Assembly (NCBI RefSeq): GCF_900232105.1
Contig: NZ_LT934425.1
Location: 330,001 to 362,000 of the forward strand
Direction: 5' to 3'
Length of the DNA: 32,000 bases
From: Candidatus Kuenenia stuttgartensis
GTDB taxonomy: Bacteria; Planctomycetota; Brocadiia; Brocadiales; Brocadiaceae
A model generated the notes under the pieces. The model saw only the letters and a list, made by a program, of their open reading frames with translations. It did no database searches and was not told where the DNA came from. Every line of letters starts with the position of its first letter. Position 1 is the stretch's first letter. The translations under genes and the position numbers were made by a program. Below are positions 31,988 through 32,000 of the stretch, one piece after another.

Positions 31988-32000
31988 AAACGGCCGGGTT

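Noticed and set aside
1-32000. CRISPR arrays, tRNA/rRNA/tmRNA genes, IS transposases, integrases, reverse transcriptases and toxin-antitoxin pairs
   Set aside because: I found no regularly spaced direct repeats, no cloverleaf-capable GC-rich ~75-nt segments in the intergenic regions, and no ORF with DDE, tyrosine-recombinase, serine-recombinase or RT motifs. The absence is by eye only.

Overview
By eye this is a low-GC (about 40%) bacterial chromosomal window with about 33 protein genes, mostly on the minus strand. I found no rRNA, tRNA, CRISPR array, transposase, integrase or reverse transcriptase. No taxonomic claim is made.

Left third (1-11.5 kb): a patchwork with long AT-rich spacers.
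- It holds two DEAD-box helicase paralogues. One is truncated by the window edge and is missing from the ORF track.
- glgP is bracketed by two same-orientation copies of a MITE-like element with terminal inverted repeats. One copy has a flanking direct repeat and a nested insertion.
- The other genes are an orphan AmiS/UreI channel, a B12-binding radical SAM enzyme, a VOC protein, a divergent stand-alone RNase H-like protein and an orphan ParA.
- A second unrelated 44-bp inverted-repeat element sits in a 1.07-kb non-coding gap.
- At 11.5-13.3 kb is a 585-aa polytopic membrane protein capped at both ends by DUF1858/ScdA_N-like domains, with a His motif repeated three times.

Middle (13.3-22.7 kb): an ordinary co-directional housekeeping block of pgsA, rimO, ftsK, dut, stand-alone coaC, gmk, yicC, secG, tpiA and pheA.

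Right third:
- On the + strand, an NYN nuclease overlaps rnc and is followed by a small basic 4-Cys protein.
- A tightly packed minus-strand cluster follows: motA, a frame-broken motB, an Asp-less MotB/OmpA paralogue, a LysM L,D-transpeptidase, a cyclodeaminase-family protein and a Zn-ribbon protein. It ends at a shared hairpin.
- Then come dtxR, an rseC-like gene and a FeoB membrane-domain gene.

I see no clear-cut novel multi-gene system such as a defence island. The best candidates for something undescribed are:
- the stator-plus-peptidoglycan cluster with complementary MotB paralogues;
- the double-DUF1858 membrane protein;
- the NYN/RNase III/Cys4 module;
- the two small non-autonomous repeat families.

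All domain calls come from motif recognition by eye and memory of family consensus, not from database searches.
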